Virus record (IMG/VR): IMGVR_UViG_3300042988_000536
Coordinates: 1 to 43,442 of that record
Origin: a virus
Lineage: Duplodnaviria; Caudoviricetes
Strand: one strand, 5' to 3'
Length of the DNA stretch: 43,442 bases
Shown here: piece by piece, positions 25,390 through 33,913 of the stretch
Layout of the letters: each line of letters begins with the position of its first letter
Numbering within the stretch: position 1 is the first letter of the stretch
Made by a program: the position numbers and the translations under genes
Notes under the pieces: model-generated
Told to the model about the DNA's origin: nothing
Databases searched by the model: none
What the model saw: the letters and a program-made list of their open reading frames with translations, nothing else

Positions 25390-25916
25390 GCGACGAGTTC
25401 AAGAAGGTGCGGCCCGCCATGCGGCCTGAGGGTGGACCGGTCGAGGAGAGCCCGCGCGAGCGAGCGGCGCGCAAGGCCGCTGAGCTTCGCGCGCACCGGA
25501 ACGGCGAGCTCGATGATGGCACCGACGAGTTCTTCGTTGAGCCCGGCATCATCCCCGACGGCTGGACCTACGAATGGAAGACCAAGACGGTTCTGGGTGC
25601 TGAAGACCCGGCCCATCAGGTCAAGCTGGCCCGCGACGGCTGGGAGCCGGTTCCCGCGTCTCGCCACCCCGACATGATGCCGGCCGGGTACAAGGGCATC
25701 GAGATCACCCGCAAGGGCATGGTTCTCATGGAGCGTCCGTCCGAGATCACCGACGAGGTTCGGCAGGCCGAGCTCCGCCGCGCCCGGCTTCAGGTCCGCG
25801 CCAAGGAAGAACAGCTGTCGGCAGCCCCCTCTGGTCACTTCGAACGCTCGAACAAGGGCAACGAACTGGCCAAGGTCAAGAAGGGCTACGAGGCAATGCC
25901 GATCCCCGAAGAATGA
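25386..25916 (+). CDS. Head-assembly-region protein
   Basis: PDGWTYEWK...GWEPV...GMVLMERP; coupled to the scaffold-like gene. Confidence 0.7.
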   Translation: MSDEFKKVRPAMRPEGGPVEESPRERAARKAAELRAHRNGELDDGTDEFFVEPGIIPDGWTYEWKTKTVLGAEDPAHQVKLARDGWEPVPASRHPDMMPAGYKGIEITRKGMVLMERPSEITDEVRQAELRRARLQVRAKEEQLSAAPSGHFERSNKGNELAKVKKGYEAMPIPEE

Positions 25917-26131
25917 TCAGGCAAGTTCGGATCATCAACAAGATCGAGCGCCTGAGGAAGGCTATACGGCGGGAGGGAACTCCCGCCGTTCAAGATGCGT
26001 GGGACAGCCTTGAGCCTCATGTCTCGATATTTCTGAGCGCGGGAGGGCGCGATGGAACTGAGCGAGAGAATGCAGAAGACGGCCGAGGGTCAGTTAACGT
26101 GGGCCGACCCGACCCTTGGAAAGACGTGTGA
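25913..26131 (+). CDS. Hypothetical protein
   Basis: ATGA coupling. Confidence 0.5.
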   Translation: MIRQVRIINKIERLRKAIRREGTPAVQDAWDSLEPHVSIFLSAGGRDGTERENAEDGRGSVNVGRPDPWKDV

Positions 26132-26273
26132 CCAGTGCAAGCACTGTGAGCGGCACCCGAAGCCCAGAGAGTTCAAGCCGGACGTCTGCACGCTGGTCAA
26201 GGTCCACACGGGCAAGATCGGCATGCCGTTCATGGCGAGAAAAGCTGTTGCATGCCCTAAGTTTTCAATGTAG
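26052..26273 (+). CDS. Small Cys-rich protein
   Basis: GGGAGGG RBS; CDQCKHC...C...C. Confidence 0.6.
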   Translation: MELSERMQKTAEGQLTWADPTLGKTCDQCKHCERHPKPREFKPDVCTLVKVHTGKIGMPFMARKAVACPKFSM

Positions 26274-26380
26274 GTTTACCCGCATGCTGAAGCCAGTAGG
26301 ATCGCCGTGAGCGACCCGAAGTCGTAGGCATGGCGACGGGCCGTAAAAGCCGTGACGCCCCGGAAAGACGGGGAACCTGT

Positions 26381-26459
26381 AGCGGGGTAGAGAAGTCCGG
26401 TCCATCTCGGATGGTTCATACCCATCAGAACGCGGGTTCAAATCCCGCCCCCGCCACCA
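26381..26459 (+). tRNA. tRNA-Met(CAT), initiator-like
   Basis: Acceptor AGCGGGG/CCCCGCC with 1:72 mismatch; D-stem GAGA/TCTC; anticodon arm GATGG-TTCATAC-CCATC; T-arm GCGGG-TTCAAAT-CCCGC; encoded ACCA. Confidence 0.9.
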
Positions 26460-26586
26460 GTTTCACGAGGTCTTTCTACCGACCTCTTGCCTTCGGGCGA
26501 TAGAAGAAATGTTGATCCTGATGTCGGTTAGGGGTCATGCCGAGGGTGTCGGAACAAGCGGAAGGCGGGAGCCGCAATACACCCAA

Positions 26587-26705
26587 CCCGCAACCGTCTT
26601 CTGGTGGTGTGCTGTCCGGCAGGCCGAACATCGATGGCGTCGAAACCATCGTCAGTAGGGCCGGGCTTTCGACACAGCACACCCCCAGAGGGTGGAAACT
26701 ACGGG
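26587..26705 (+). ncRNA. Long rod-like structured RNA candidate
   Basis: 26600-26615 pairs with 26674-26689 (one mismatch), extended by G-U pairs; inner GGCC-GAAC...AGTA-GGGCC and CGATGG/CCATCG. Confidence 0.45.
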
Positions 26706-26790
26706 CGATGGGTGGGCGGGCTCCCACTTGGCCTCTCGTGACGCTGCAGCGGTAACGGAGGTATCATTGGGTTCGAGGCCCGCATCACCC
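26703..26790 (+). ncRNA. tRNA-like element (non-canonical)
   Basis: GGGCGATG/CATCACCC closing stem; GTGGG/CCCAC arm; long middle arm; GGG-TTCGAGG-CCC T-arm; no CCA. Confidence 0.35.
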
Positions 26791-26794
26791 TGAT

Positions 26795-26823
26795 TTGACA
26801 TGTTGGGTTTGATCTGCCACTAT
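26795..26823 (+). promoter_or_regulatory. Putative promoter for capsid genes
   Basis: TTGACA-17-CACTAT. Confidence 0.45.
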
Positions 26824-26917
26824 GGCAGCATTCTCCCCCCGGTGTGGGAGATCATCCTCCCCCGGTTCTATTTCGCCCCGGCGCGCGACAATGGACCTCC
26901 TGAAAAGGAGAACCGTG

Positions 26918-27499
26918 ATGCCGAACACGAACGCCCCCTTTGGCTTTCGGCAGTACAGCGGCACCGGATCGGCTCCGACCTATGAACAGGTCACCGTCCG
27001 GATCGCCTTCAACGCTTCCGCAATCTTCTACGGCGACCCCGTGATGCCCGACGCCAACGGCTTCGTCGTGGTTGGCGCGCCCGGCACGACCCAGATCGCT
27101 GGCATCTTCCAAGGGTGCAAGTACCTGTCGGTCTCGCAGAAGCGCACCGTCTGGTCGAACTACTGGCCCGGCACCGACGTCGCCTCCGGCCAGACCGTCG
27201 AGGGCTACATCATCAACGACCCGAATGCCAAGTTCCTTGCGCAGACGGGCTCGACTGGTGCGACCAACGCCGACATCAACGCGAACGTCAACTTCGCCAT
27301 CGGCACTGGCAACACCGCGACGGGCGTCTCTGGCGCTTTCGTGGACATGGCGACCGTCAACACGACCAACACGCTGCCCTTCCGCATCGTGTCGCTCGAC
27401 GTCGATCCGCCCGGTGCTCCCGGCACCGATACCGGCGCGTTCAACTACGTTGTCGTCGCCTTCAACAACGTCAGCGGCAAGCAGCTGACGGGCATCTGA
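26918..27499 (+). CDS. Capsid decoration/minor capsid protein
   Basis: AAGGAG RBS; NTNAPFGF...IFYGDPV; Gly/Thr-rich; directly before MCP. Confidence 0.7.
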   Translation: MPNTNAPFGFRQYSGTGSAPTYEQVTVRIAFNASAIFYGDPVMPDANGFVVVGAPGTTQIAGIFQGCKYLSVSQKRTVWSNYWPGTDVASGQTVEGYIINDPNAKFLAQTGSTGATNADINANVNFAIGTGNTATGVSGAFVDMATVNTTNTLPFRIVSLDVDPPGAPGTDTGAFNYVVVAFNNVSGKQLTGI

Positions 27500-27511
27500 G
27501 GAGCATGAACA

Positions 27512-28423
27512 ATGGCTGTTAATCTTTCCGCCATCAAAGACCTTCTGCTCCCCGGCCTCCGTGGCGTTGAAGGCAAGTACGAGATGATCCCGTCTCAGTA
27601 CGACAAAATCTTCACGAAACACACGTCGAAGATGGCACTGGAACGCACCGCTGAGATGCGCTTCCTCGGCTTCGCTCAGCTGAAGACCGAGGGCGGCCAG
27701 ACCGCGTTTGACAACAACGCGGGCGAGCGGTTCGTCTACAACCAAGAGCACGTCGAGATCGGTCTGGGGTATGCGATCACGCGCAAGGCCATCGACGACA
27801 ACCTCTACAAAACGCAGTTCGCCCCGTCGAACCTCGGTCTGATCGAGAGCTTCCAGCAGACCAAGGAAATCTACGGTGCCAACCTGCTGAACACGGCGAC
27901 CGTCTACAACGGCGCAATCGGCGGCGACGGCGTGGCGCTCTGCTCCACCGCCCACCCCATCGACGGCGGCACCGTTGCCAACCGCCCGACCACGGACGTG
28001 GAACTGAACGAGGCCACCCTGCTCAACGGGATGATCTCGATCCGGACCAACTTCCGCGATCAGGCTGGCCTGAAGGTCTTCGCCCGTGGCCGCAAGCTGA
28101 TCGTACCGCCGCAGCTGGAGCCGGTCGCCATCCGCCTGACCAAGACGGAACTGCGCCCCGGCACCGCCGACAACGACGTCAACGCGATCATGTCGACCGC
28201 TGGCGGCCTGCCGGAAGGCTACATGGTGAACGACTTCTTCACCTCGGCCGCCAACTGGTTCCTGCTGACGAACATCGACGGCCTCTCCTACATGGAGCGC
28301 GTCAAGTTCGAGACCGACATGCAGGTCGACTTCGTGACGGACAACCTGCTGGTCAAGGGCTACGAGCGGTACTCCTTCGGGTACTACAACTGGCGCGCGA
28401 TCTGGGGCTCGTTCCCGTCGTAA
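27512..28423 (+). CDS. Major capsid protein
   Basis: LLLPGL, KTEGG, LGYAITRKAIDDNLY, KLIVPPQL, ERYSFGYYNWR; strong codon bias; followed by terminator. Confidence 0.9.
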   Translation: MAVNLSAIKDLLLPGLRGVEGKYEMIPSQYDKIFTKHTSKMALERTAEMRFLGFAQLKTEGGQTAFDNNAGERFVYNQEHVEIGLGYAITRKAIDDNLYKTQFAPSNLGLIESFQQTKEIYGANLLNTATVYNGAIGGDGVALCSTAHPIDGGTVANRPTTDVELNEATLLNGMISIRTNFRDQAGLKVFARGRKLIVPPQLEPVAIRLTKTELRPGTADNDVNAIMSTAGGLPEGYMVNDFFTSAANWFLLTNIDGLSYMERVKFETDMQVDFVTDNLLVKGYERYSFGYYNWRAIWGSFPS

Positions 28424-28435
28424 GGCACCAATCAG

Positions 28436-28460
28436 GGGAGGCCTTCGGGCCTCCCTTTCT
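28436..28460 (+). terminator. Intrinsic terminator after MCP
   Basis: GGGAGGCC-TTCG-GGCCTCCC-TTTCT. Confidence 0.8.
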
Positions 28461-28525
28461 CCTCGCCCTGACCGCAACAGCGGACGCTGCACCGACAGGG
28501 CTCAAACCGTGCAAAGGAGTTCCAG

Positions 28526-28981
28526 ATGGGAACCACGACCTTCTCCGGCCCGATCCGTTCCGGCAACAAGCTCGTCGGCGAGACCGGCGGCTCGAACATC
28601 GGCCTCGCCCGCCTGCAGCAGTTCGGCACCCTGATCCAGTCGGGCGGCGGCCTCACCCAGTCGCTGACGCTGAACATCCCGGTCGGCGCGCGCATCACGG
28701 GCTTCGACATCGACATCCTGACCGCGTTCGACAGCGCCACCTCGGCCACGATCTCCATCGGGACGGCCGCCGGTGGCACCCAGTACGTCTCCGGCGTGAA
28801 CGCCAAGACCGCTGGTCGCGCCTCGATCACCTTCACCGCCGCCCAGCTTGCCGCCATGGCCAACCTGACCACGGCTGGCGCTGCTGCCCCCACCCCGGCC
28901 CCCGTCGTCCTGACGGTGACCTCCGTCGGCGCGCCGACCACCGGTGTCGTGGCGCTGTCCATCAACTACACCCAGCTGTGA
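28526..28981 (+). CDS. Virion structural protein
   Basis: AAGGAG RBS; TTFSGP start; beta-rich. Confidence 0.75.
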   Translation: MGTTTFSGPIRSGNKLVGETGGSNIGLARLQQFGTLIQSGGGLTQSLTLNIPVGARITGFDIDILTAFDSATSATISIGTAAGGTQYVSGVNAKTAGRASITFTAAQLAAMANLTTAGAAAPTPAPVVLTVTSVGAPTTGVVALSINYTQL

Positions 28982-28989
28982 GGTGACAC

Positions 28990-29166
28990 ATGCGCGTTGG
29001 CAACAAAAAGCCTGAGATGGCCGTGAACAAGACGGTCAAGACCGGCAACATCACGAGCGGGAACAACGCCCCTCATCAGGGTGGTGCCAACAAGACCGTC
29101 ACGGGCGGCAAGGGCGTGCATGGCATGCCGCTGATGTCCGCTGCCGCCGCCAAGCAGAAGCACTGA
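28990..29166 (+). CDS. Small basic protein (58 aa)
   Basis: GAGG RBS; MRVGNKKPEM... Confidence 0.55.
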   Translation: MRVGNKKPEMAVNKTVKTGNITSGNNAPHQGGANKTVTGGKGVHGMPLMSAAAAKQKH

Positions 29167-29209
29167 ACGGAGGGGCGATCAGCCCCTCCCAACCTGACGA
29201 GAGGCATAG

Positions 29210-29530
29210 ATGACCCCGATCACCATCAGCAGGACAGGTACGGGCCGCAGTGCCGTCGTCGTCCCCGACAGCTTCCAGAACCCCTTCAACGTCGGCGTCC
29301 AGCTGGTCGTCACCGGCACCGTGACGTTCAGCCTTGAGGTCACCATGGCCGACCCCATGCTGCCGACGTTCAACCCGGCCACCGCAGATTGGACCGCGCC
29401 GACCGGCTTCAGTGGCCTTGCGGCTACGACGGTTTCATCTCTGACTGTCCCGTGCCACGGCATTTCCTTGAACGTGACCGCAGGGACCGGCACCGTGACC
29501 GCGTACATCGTTCAGGCCGGGGTCCGCTGA
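29210..29530 (+). CDS. Virion structural protein
   Basis: GAGG RBS; beta-rich. Confidence 0.7.
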   Translation: MTPITISRTGTGRSAVVVPDSFQNPFNVGVQLVVTGTVTFSLEVTMADPMLPTFNPATADWTAPTGFSGLAATTVSSLTVPCHGISLNVTAGTGTVTAYIVQAGVR

Positions 29531-29545
29531 TAGGAGCTCCCGCCA

Positions 29546-30238
29546 ATGGCAACGACCGGAACCTACAACTTCAATCCCGGCCTCGGCGAGATCACGATCT
29601 ACGCCTACCAGAACATCGGCGTCCGACCGACCGCCCTGCTGCAGGAGCACATGGAGGCCTCCAGAATGGCGGCCAACATGATGCTGTCCCGCTGGTCCAA
29701 CCAAGGCGTGAACCTCTGGGCGGTCGATCTGGTCGAGGTGCCTCTGGTTGCCGGGCAGGCTGAGTACATCGTCGATCCCAGCACGGTGGTGATCCTTGAC
29801 GTTTATGGCCGACACGACGACGGAGTGTCGCCGCCCATCGACCGGCCGATCATGCCGATCTCGCGCACGGAATATGCATCGTACTCGACAAAGACGACGC
29901 GCGGCGCGCCGACGGTCTACTGGTTCGACAGGCTGATCTCGCCGAAGCTGACGCTCTGGCCTGTGCCTGACGGCGACACCGTGCAGGTGCTGCGCTACTA
30001 CCGCGTGCGCCGCATCCAAGACGCCGATACGGCTGGCGCTGCACAGGTCGAGGTGCCGTACCTCTGGCTGGAAGCGTTCGCTGACGGGCTGGCCTACCGA
30101 CTGGCGCGCATCTGGCGTCCTGAAATGGCCGTTGCCCTGAAGGCGCAGGCTGACGAGAGCTACAAGATCGCGGCCGACCAGAACATCGAGACCTCCAACT
30201 TCTACATCTCTCCGATGATCGGGGGGTATTTCCGGTAA
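29546..30238 (+). CDS. Head-tail adaptor-like protein
   Basis: TTGTYNF, WSNQGVNLW, ISRTEY...GAPTVYWF, LWPVPD, GLAYRLA. Confidence 0.7.
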   Translation: MATTGTYNFNPGLGEITIYAYQNIGVRPTALLQEHMEASRMAANMMLSRWSNQGVNLWAVDLVEVPLVAGQAEYIVDPSTVVILDVYGRHDDGVSPPIDRPIMPISRTEYASYSTKTTRGAPTVYWFDRLISPKLTLWPVPDGDTVQVLRYYRVRRIQDADTAGAAQVEVPYLWLEAFADGLAYRLARIWRPEMAVALKAQADESYKIAADQNIETSNFYISPMIGGYFR

Positions 30239-30624
30239 TGTCGTATGCATCGATCTCCGGTCGCGCCAAGACCTCAGCGCGGAACCCGCAGGCTCACGCG
30301 ATCTGCGACCGTTGCGGCATGCGCTACAACCACGTCGACCTGAGCTTTCAGTACGACTGGGCTGGCGCTACGGTGCAGAACAAGCGCCTGCTGGTATGCA
30401 GGCGGTGCCACGATGAGATGCAGAGCCAGCTGCGCTCCATCACGCTGCCGGGCGATCCTCCGCCGATCATCAACCCGCGTCCGGAGACCTACAACCTGCC
30501 GACGACCGACTACCGCGTCACCCAGACCGCCGAGGGCGTCTCGGTGGTTCAGGGCATTGCCGTCCCCGGAAACGAAGACACCCGCATCACGCAGGCAGAC
30601 GACCCGCGCATCACCGGAGGTTGA
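30238..30624 (+). CDS. Zn-binding neck-region protein
   Basis: AICDRCG...LVCRRC...NPRP. Confidence 0.7.
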   Translation: MSYASISGRAKTSARNPQAHAICDRCGMRYNHVDLSFQYDWAGATVQNKRLLVCRRCHDEMQSQLRSITLPGDPPPIINPRPETYNLPTTDYRVTQTAEGVSVVQGIAVPGNEDTRITQADDPRITGG

Positions 30625-30626
30625 CC

Positions 30627-30977
30627 GTGGCCAACGTCAAGATCACTCAGCTTCCGCCCGTCACCGCAGTCACCGGAGGGGACTTTCTGGAGGGCGTTCA
30701 GGGTGGCACCTCCGTTCGCCTGACTGCCCAGCAGATCGCCGACTACGTCCGTGGCGCGGTCTTCGGAACGGTCATCCCCGTCGATCTGGGCGGGACCGGA
30801 TCGCAGAGTTTGACCGGTTACGTTTTCGGGAGCGGCGTCGATGCTCTTCAGGGCAGGCCTTCCATCCCAAACACCGATATTTCTGGCCTTGGGACCGGCT
30901 CGACTGTAAACATCCATGTTGGGACAACCCCTCCTCCAAGCCCCTCCATAGGGGACTTGTGGGTCGACACCAACTGA
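30627..30977 (+). CDS. Short fibre/adaptor-like protein
   Basis: VKITQLP, GGTG, C-terminal GTTPPPSPSIGDLWVDTN. Confidence 0.65.
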   Translation: MANVKITQLPPVTAVTGGDFLEGVQGGTSVRLTAQQIADYVRGAVFGTVIPVDLGGTGSQSLTGYVFGSGVDALQGRPSIPNTDISGLGTGSTVNIHVGTTPPPSPSIGDLWVDTN

Positions 30978-30988
30978 GGATTATCATC

Positions 30989-31282
30989 ATGAGCCTGACG
31001 CAAGCACTCACCATGGAAGCCCCCAAGGTCGATGTCATCACGACCGCTGGTCGCGGGATGACGCCCGAAGAGGTCACCGATCTCGCCCTGAACAAGATCA
31101 TCTCGATCTCCGACACCGCGCCGCCGGAGATCGCCGCACAGGCTCGCGAGTTTCGGGAGCGCCTGCGCATGGTTCTCGTCTACTACATGAAGCAGGCTAT
31201 CGCTTCTGATCGTACGACTGTGTACAATATCGTCAAAGAGGCGGGCCACCCCGACCTCGCTGAAGCTCTCAGGAGGCTGTAA
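30989..31282 (+). CDS. Tail-region protein of unknown function
   Basis: GAGGA RBS; RGMTPEEV...AIASDRTT. Confidence 0.7.
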   Translation: MSLTQALTMEAPKVDVITTAGRGMTPEEVTDLALNKIISISDTAPPEIAAQAREFRERLRMVLVYYMKQAIASDRTTVYNIVKEAGHPDLAEALRRL

Positions 31283-31749
31283 TGGCTACTTTCGGCGGAA
31301 ACTTCATGGTCACCTCGTTCAAGCAGGAGCTCCTGCGCGGGTGCCATGACTTCACACTGACCACCGGCGACACCTTCAAGATCGCGCTCTACACCAGTGC
31401 CGCTGGTGTGACGTTCAACGCCGCCACGACCACCTACACGACCACGACGGAGGTGGCAGCCTCCGGCTCCTATGCGGCTGGCGGCGGCACGCTGACGAAC
31501 ATCAGCCCCACCTCGACCGGCACCACGGCGTTCACCGACTTCGCCGACATCACCTTCACGACCGCGACGATCACTGCGCGCGGTGCGCTACTCTACAACA
31601 CGACGCCGAACACCACCTCTTCGGCCGGCCTGACCAACCCGGTTGTGCTCGTGCTCGATTTCGGCTCCGACCGCACGTCGACGGCAAGCGATTTCACCAT
31701 CGTCTTCCCGACAGCAGACGCCACCAACGCCATCATCCGCATTGCCTGA
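31282..31749 (+). CDS. Virion structural protein (tail region)
   Basis: SFKQELL...FKIALYT...ARGALLYN...VLDFG. Confidence 0.75.
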   Translation: MATFGGNFMVTSFKQELLRGCHDFTLTTGDTFKIALYTSAAGVTFNAATTTYTTTTEVAASGSYAAGGGTLTNISPTSTGTTAFTDFADITFTTATITARGALLYNTTPNTTSSAGLTNPVVLVLDFGSDRTSTASDFTIVFPTADATNAIIRIA

Positions 31750-31758
31750 GGTCTCCTG

Positions 31759-33378
31759 ATGCCGAAGCTCGTCAACCGCGCCAAGATGACCACGGCGACG
31801 ACCGGGACGGGTACGGTCACGCTGGGGGCTGCGACTTCGGGCTTTCAGTCCTTCGCCGCTGCCGGGGTCGCGGACGGCAACGTGGTTCGGTACGTCATCG
31901 AGGATGGCACCGCGTGGGAGATCGGCACGGGTACCTACACTGCTGCCGGAACGACATTGACGCGCACCTTGGGCTCCTCCAGCACCGGCGCGCTCCTGAA
32001 CCTCTCCGGCTCGGCGGTGGTTTACATCACCGCGACGGCCGAGGACTTTTCGACCTTTGATCAGCCGACCGTGATCGAGACCAACTCCGCCTCTACGGCC
32101 CTGCGTATCACGCAGCTTGGAACGGGCGAGGCGCTCCGAGTAGAAGATGCCGCGAACCCGGACGCCACGCCGTTCATCGTTGATGCCAACGGCGATGTAG
32201 CGATTGGTGGCGTGACTGCCTCAGGCGGGGCGGGCTTTCCGACCCTCACAATTCATGGCTCCAGCGGAGGTCTGCTCGACTTCAGATCGGCTGGGACGCT
32301 GAAGGGCAGATTGTATGCACTGAGCAATTCATTCACTGTAGAGGCAAACGGCACTACCACCCCAACACGCTTCATCACGAACGGCGCTGTGCGGTTTACC
32401 ATCGGCGCGTCCGGAGAATGGGGTATCGGAACGACCCCGGACTTCGGCACAGCTGGGCAGGTGTATACGTCCGGAGGCACTGGCGCTCCGCCGACATGGA
32501 CAACGCTCGCGAGCGTTGGGTCGACGATTACCCTGCCCGAACAGGCGTCCGAACCTGCCGCTCCGGCAGCAGGTAACGGCTTGCTCTATGCCCGCAACAT
32601 CGCGGGCAAGACCATGCCGAAGTGGATGGGTCCATCCCCGGATTTCGACTATCCTCTTCAGCCTCATGTCGGCTTCAACAATATCGCAAAATGGATGGGC
32701 GGCGCTACGACCGTCGCCACAACTTTCGCAAGCATCCTTGGAAGTATGCCCTACACCGGGGCATCCCCGACCGCCCCGACGATCCCCGCTCTAGCATCAA
32801 CATCCCTGAGGAACTCCGTATACCGCAGCACCATCAGCACGGGCGCGACGGCGGGCGGCTTGGCTTATATCCGGGGCAACGCCCTGCGCTTCTGGCGCGG
32901 CAACGCGGCAGGACTGGGCGGCTTCTTCCTTGTTCACCGCTTTTCCCTATCCACTCTGCAAGCCGGGATGCGGGTCTTTGCTGGCCTTCAGGACACCGCC
33001 GCAAACCCCACGAACGTGGACCCGACCACCACCACCACCCCCGGCAAGATTGGCCTCGCCATCAACGCCAATACGGGCAACTGGAACCTCGTCCGCAACG
33101 TCACGGGTACAGCGCCCACAATCATTGCCCTCGGCGCGACGTTCCCGGTCAACAACACCGACCTAATGGAACTGATCCTGTTCGCGGCCCCGAACGGCGC
33201 GAACATCGGCTACCGCGTCACGAACTGGTCCACGGGCGCAACCGTGAGCGGAACCCTGACCACGAACATTCCTGCCGCCACGTCTTTCATGATCCCCACC
33301 CTCTGGATCACGAATAACGCCACCGCCGCCGCAGCCACACTGGACTTCATCAGCACCTATCTGGAGATGGATTACTGA
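31759..33378 (+). CDS. Tail fibre / receptor-binding protein
   Basis: [13 protein letters not shown]...WEIGTG anchor-like N-terminus; GTAGQV; beta-sandwich-like C-terminus. Confidence 0.75.
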   Translation: MPKLVNRAKMTTATTGTGTVTLGAATSGFQSFAAAGVADGNVVRYVIEDGTAWEIGTGTYTAAGTTLTRTLGSSSTGALLNLSGSAVVYITATAEDFSTFDQPTVIETNSASTALRITQLGTGEALRVEDAANPDATPFIVDANGDVAIGGVTASGGAGFPTLTIHGSSGGLLDFRSAGTLKGRLYALSNSFTVEANGTTTPTRFITNGAVRFTIGASGEWGIGTTPDFGTAGQVYTSGGTGAPPTWTTLASVGSTITLPEQASEPAAPAAGNGLLYARNIAGKTMPKWMGPSPDFDYPLQPHVGFNNIAKWMGGATTVATTFASILGSMPYTGASPTAPTIPALASTSLRNSVYRSTISTGATAGGLAYIRGNALRFWRGNAAGLGGFFLVHRFSLSTLQAGMRVFAGLQDTAANPTNVDPTTTTTPGKIGLAINANTGNWNLVRNVTGTAPTIIALGATFPVNNTDLMELILFAAPNGANIGYRVTNWSTGATVSGTLTTNIPAATSFMIPTLWITNNATAAAATLDFISTYLEMDY

Positions 33379-33902
33379 TGCGGAAGGTCATCCTCGACGC
33401 TGAAAACCGGGTCGTCGCCCTGCTGCCGGAGGACGCGGAGGAGGGTTTTCCCGCCCCCCTCACCATCTCGGTGGGCTGCACGCTCGACCCGCAGACGGGA
33501 GATTTCCTGCCGCCTCCGCCTCCGCCCATTCATCCGCCGACCGCTGCTGATGTGAATGCCGAAAGAGACCGCAGACTGGTCCTGCCTTTCGCTTTCAGCG
33601 GAAAGATGTACGACCGCGACCCTCGCTCCTTGGACAGGATCACTGGCGCGGCGACACTGGCGGGTTTCGCGCTGGCGGCCGGGGCCGAGCCACTCGATTT
33701 CCAATGGCACGGCGGGACCGAACCCTTCGCGTGGATCGCCAACGACAACTCGATCACCGTCATGGATGCAGCCACGACCTTCGCCTTTGGTCGAGAGGCT
33801 GCAGCCGTCGAGACCCGGATCGTCTTCGCCGCGCGCGCCCTGAAGGATATGCCTGTCATCCCCGAAGACTACGCCGCCGACCACTGGTGGCCCACCACCT
33901 GA
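33378..33902 (+). CDS. Tail fibre assembly-associated protein (DUF4376-like)
   Basis: VNAERDRR...WIANDN...MDA...ARALKD...DHWWP; follows fibre gene. Confidence 0.7.
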   Translation: MRKVILDAENRVVALLPEDAEEGFPAPLTISVGCTLDPQTGDFLPPPPPPIHPPTAADVNAERDRRLVLPFAFSGKMYDRDPRSLDRITGAATLAGFALAAGAEPLDFQWHGGTEPFAWIANDNSITVMDAATTFAFGREAAAVETRIVFAARALKDMPVIPEDYAADHWWPTT

Positions 33903-33913
33903 GGAGGGCGTAA

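Noticed and set aside
26460-26510. Canonical HDV-like/theta ribozyme
   Set aside because: No room for P3/L3/P1.1; kept only as an unexplained pseudoknot.
26537-26755. 72-aa ORF in the RNA cluster
   Set aside because: Atypical composition and codon use; better explained by RNA structure.
26703-26790. Selenocysteine tRNA
   Set aside because: Long acceptor and D stems fit, but there is no UCA anticodon loop or separate variable arm.
29169-29189. GC hairpin as an intrinsic terminator
   Set aside because: No U-tract on either strand; may be a stability hairpin only.
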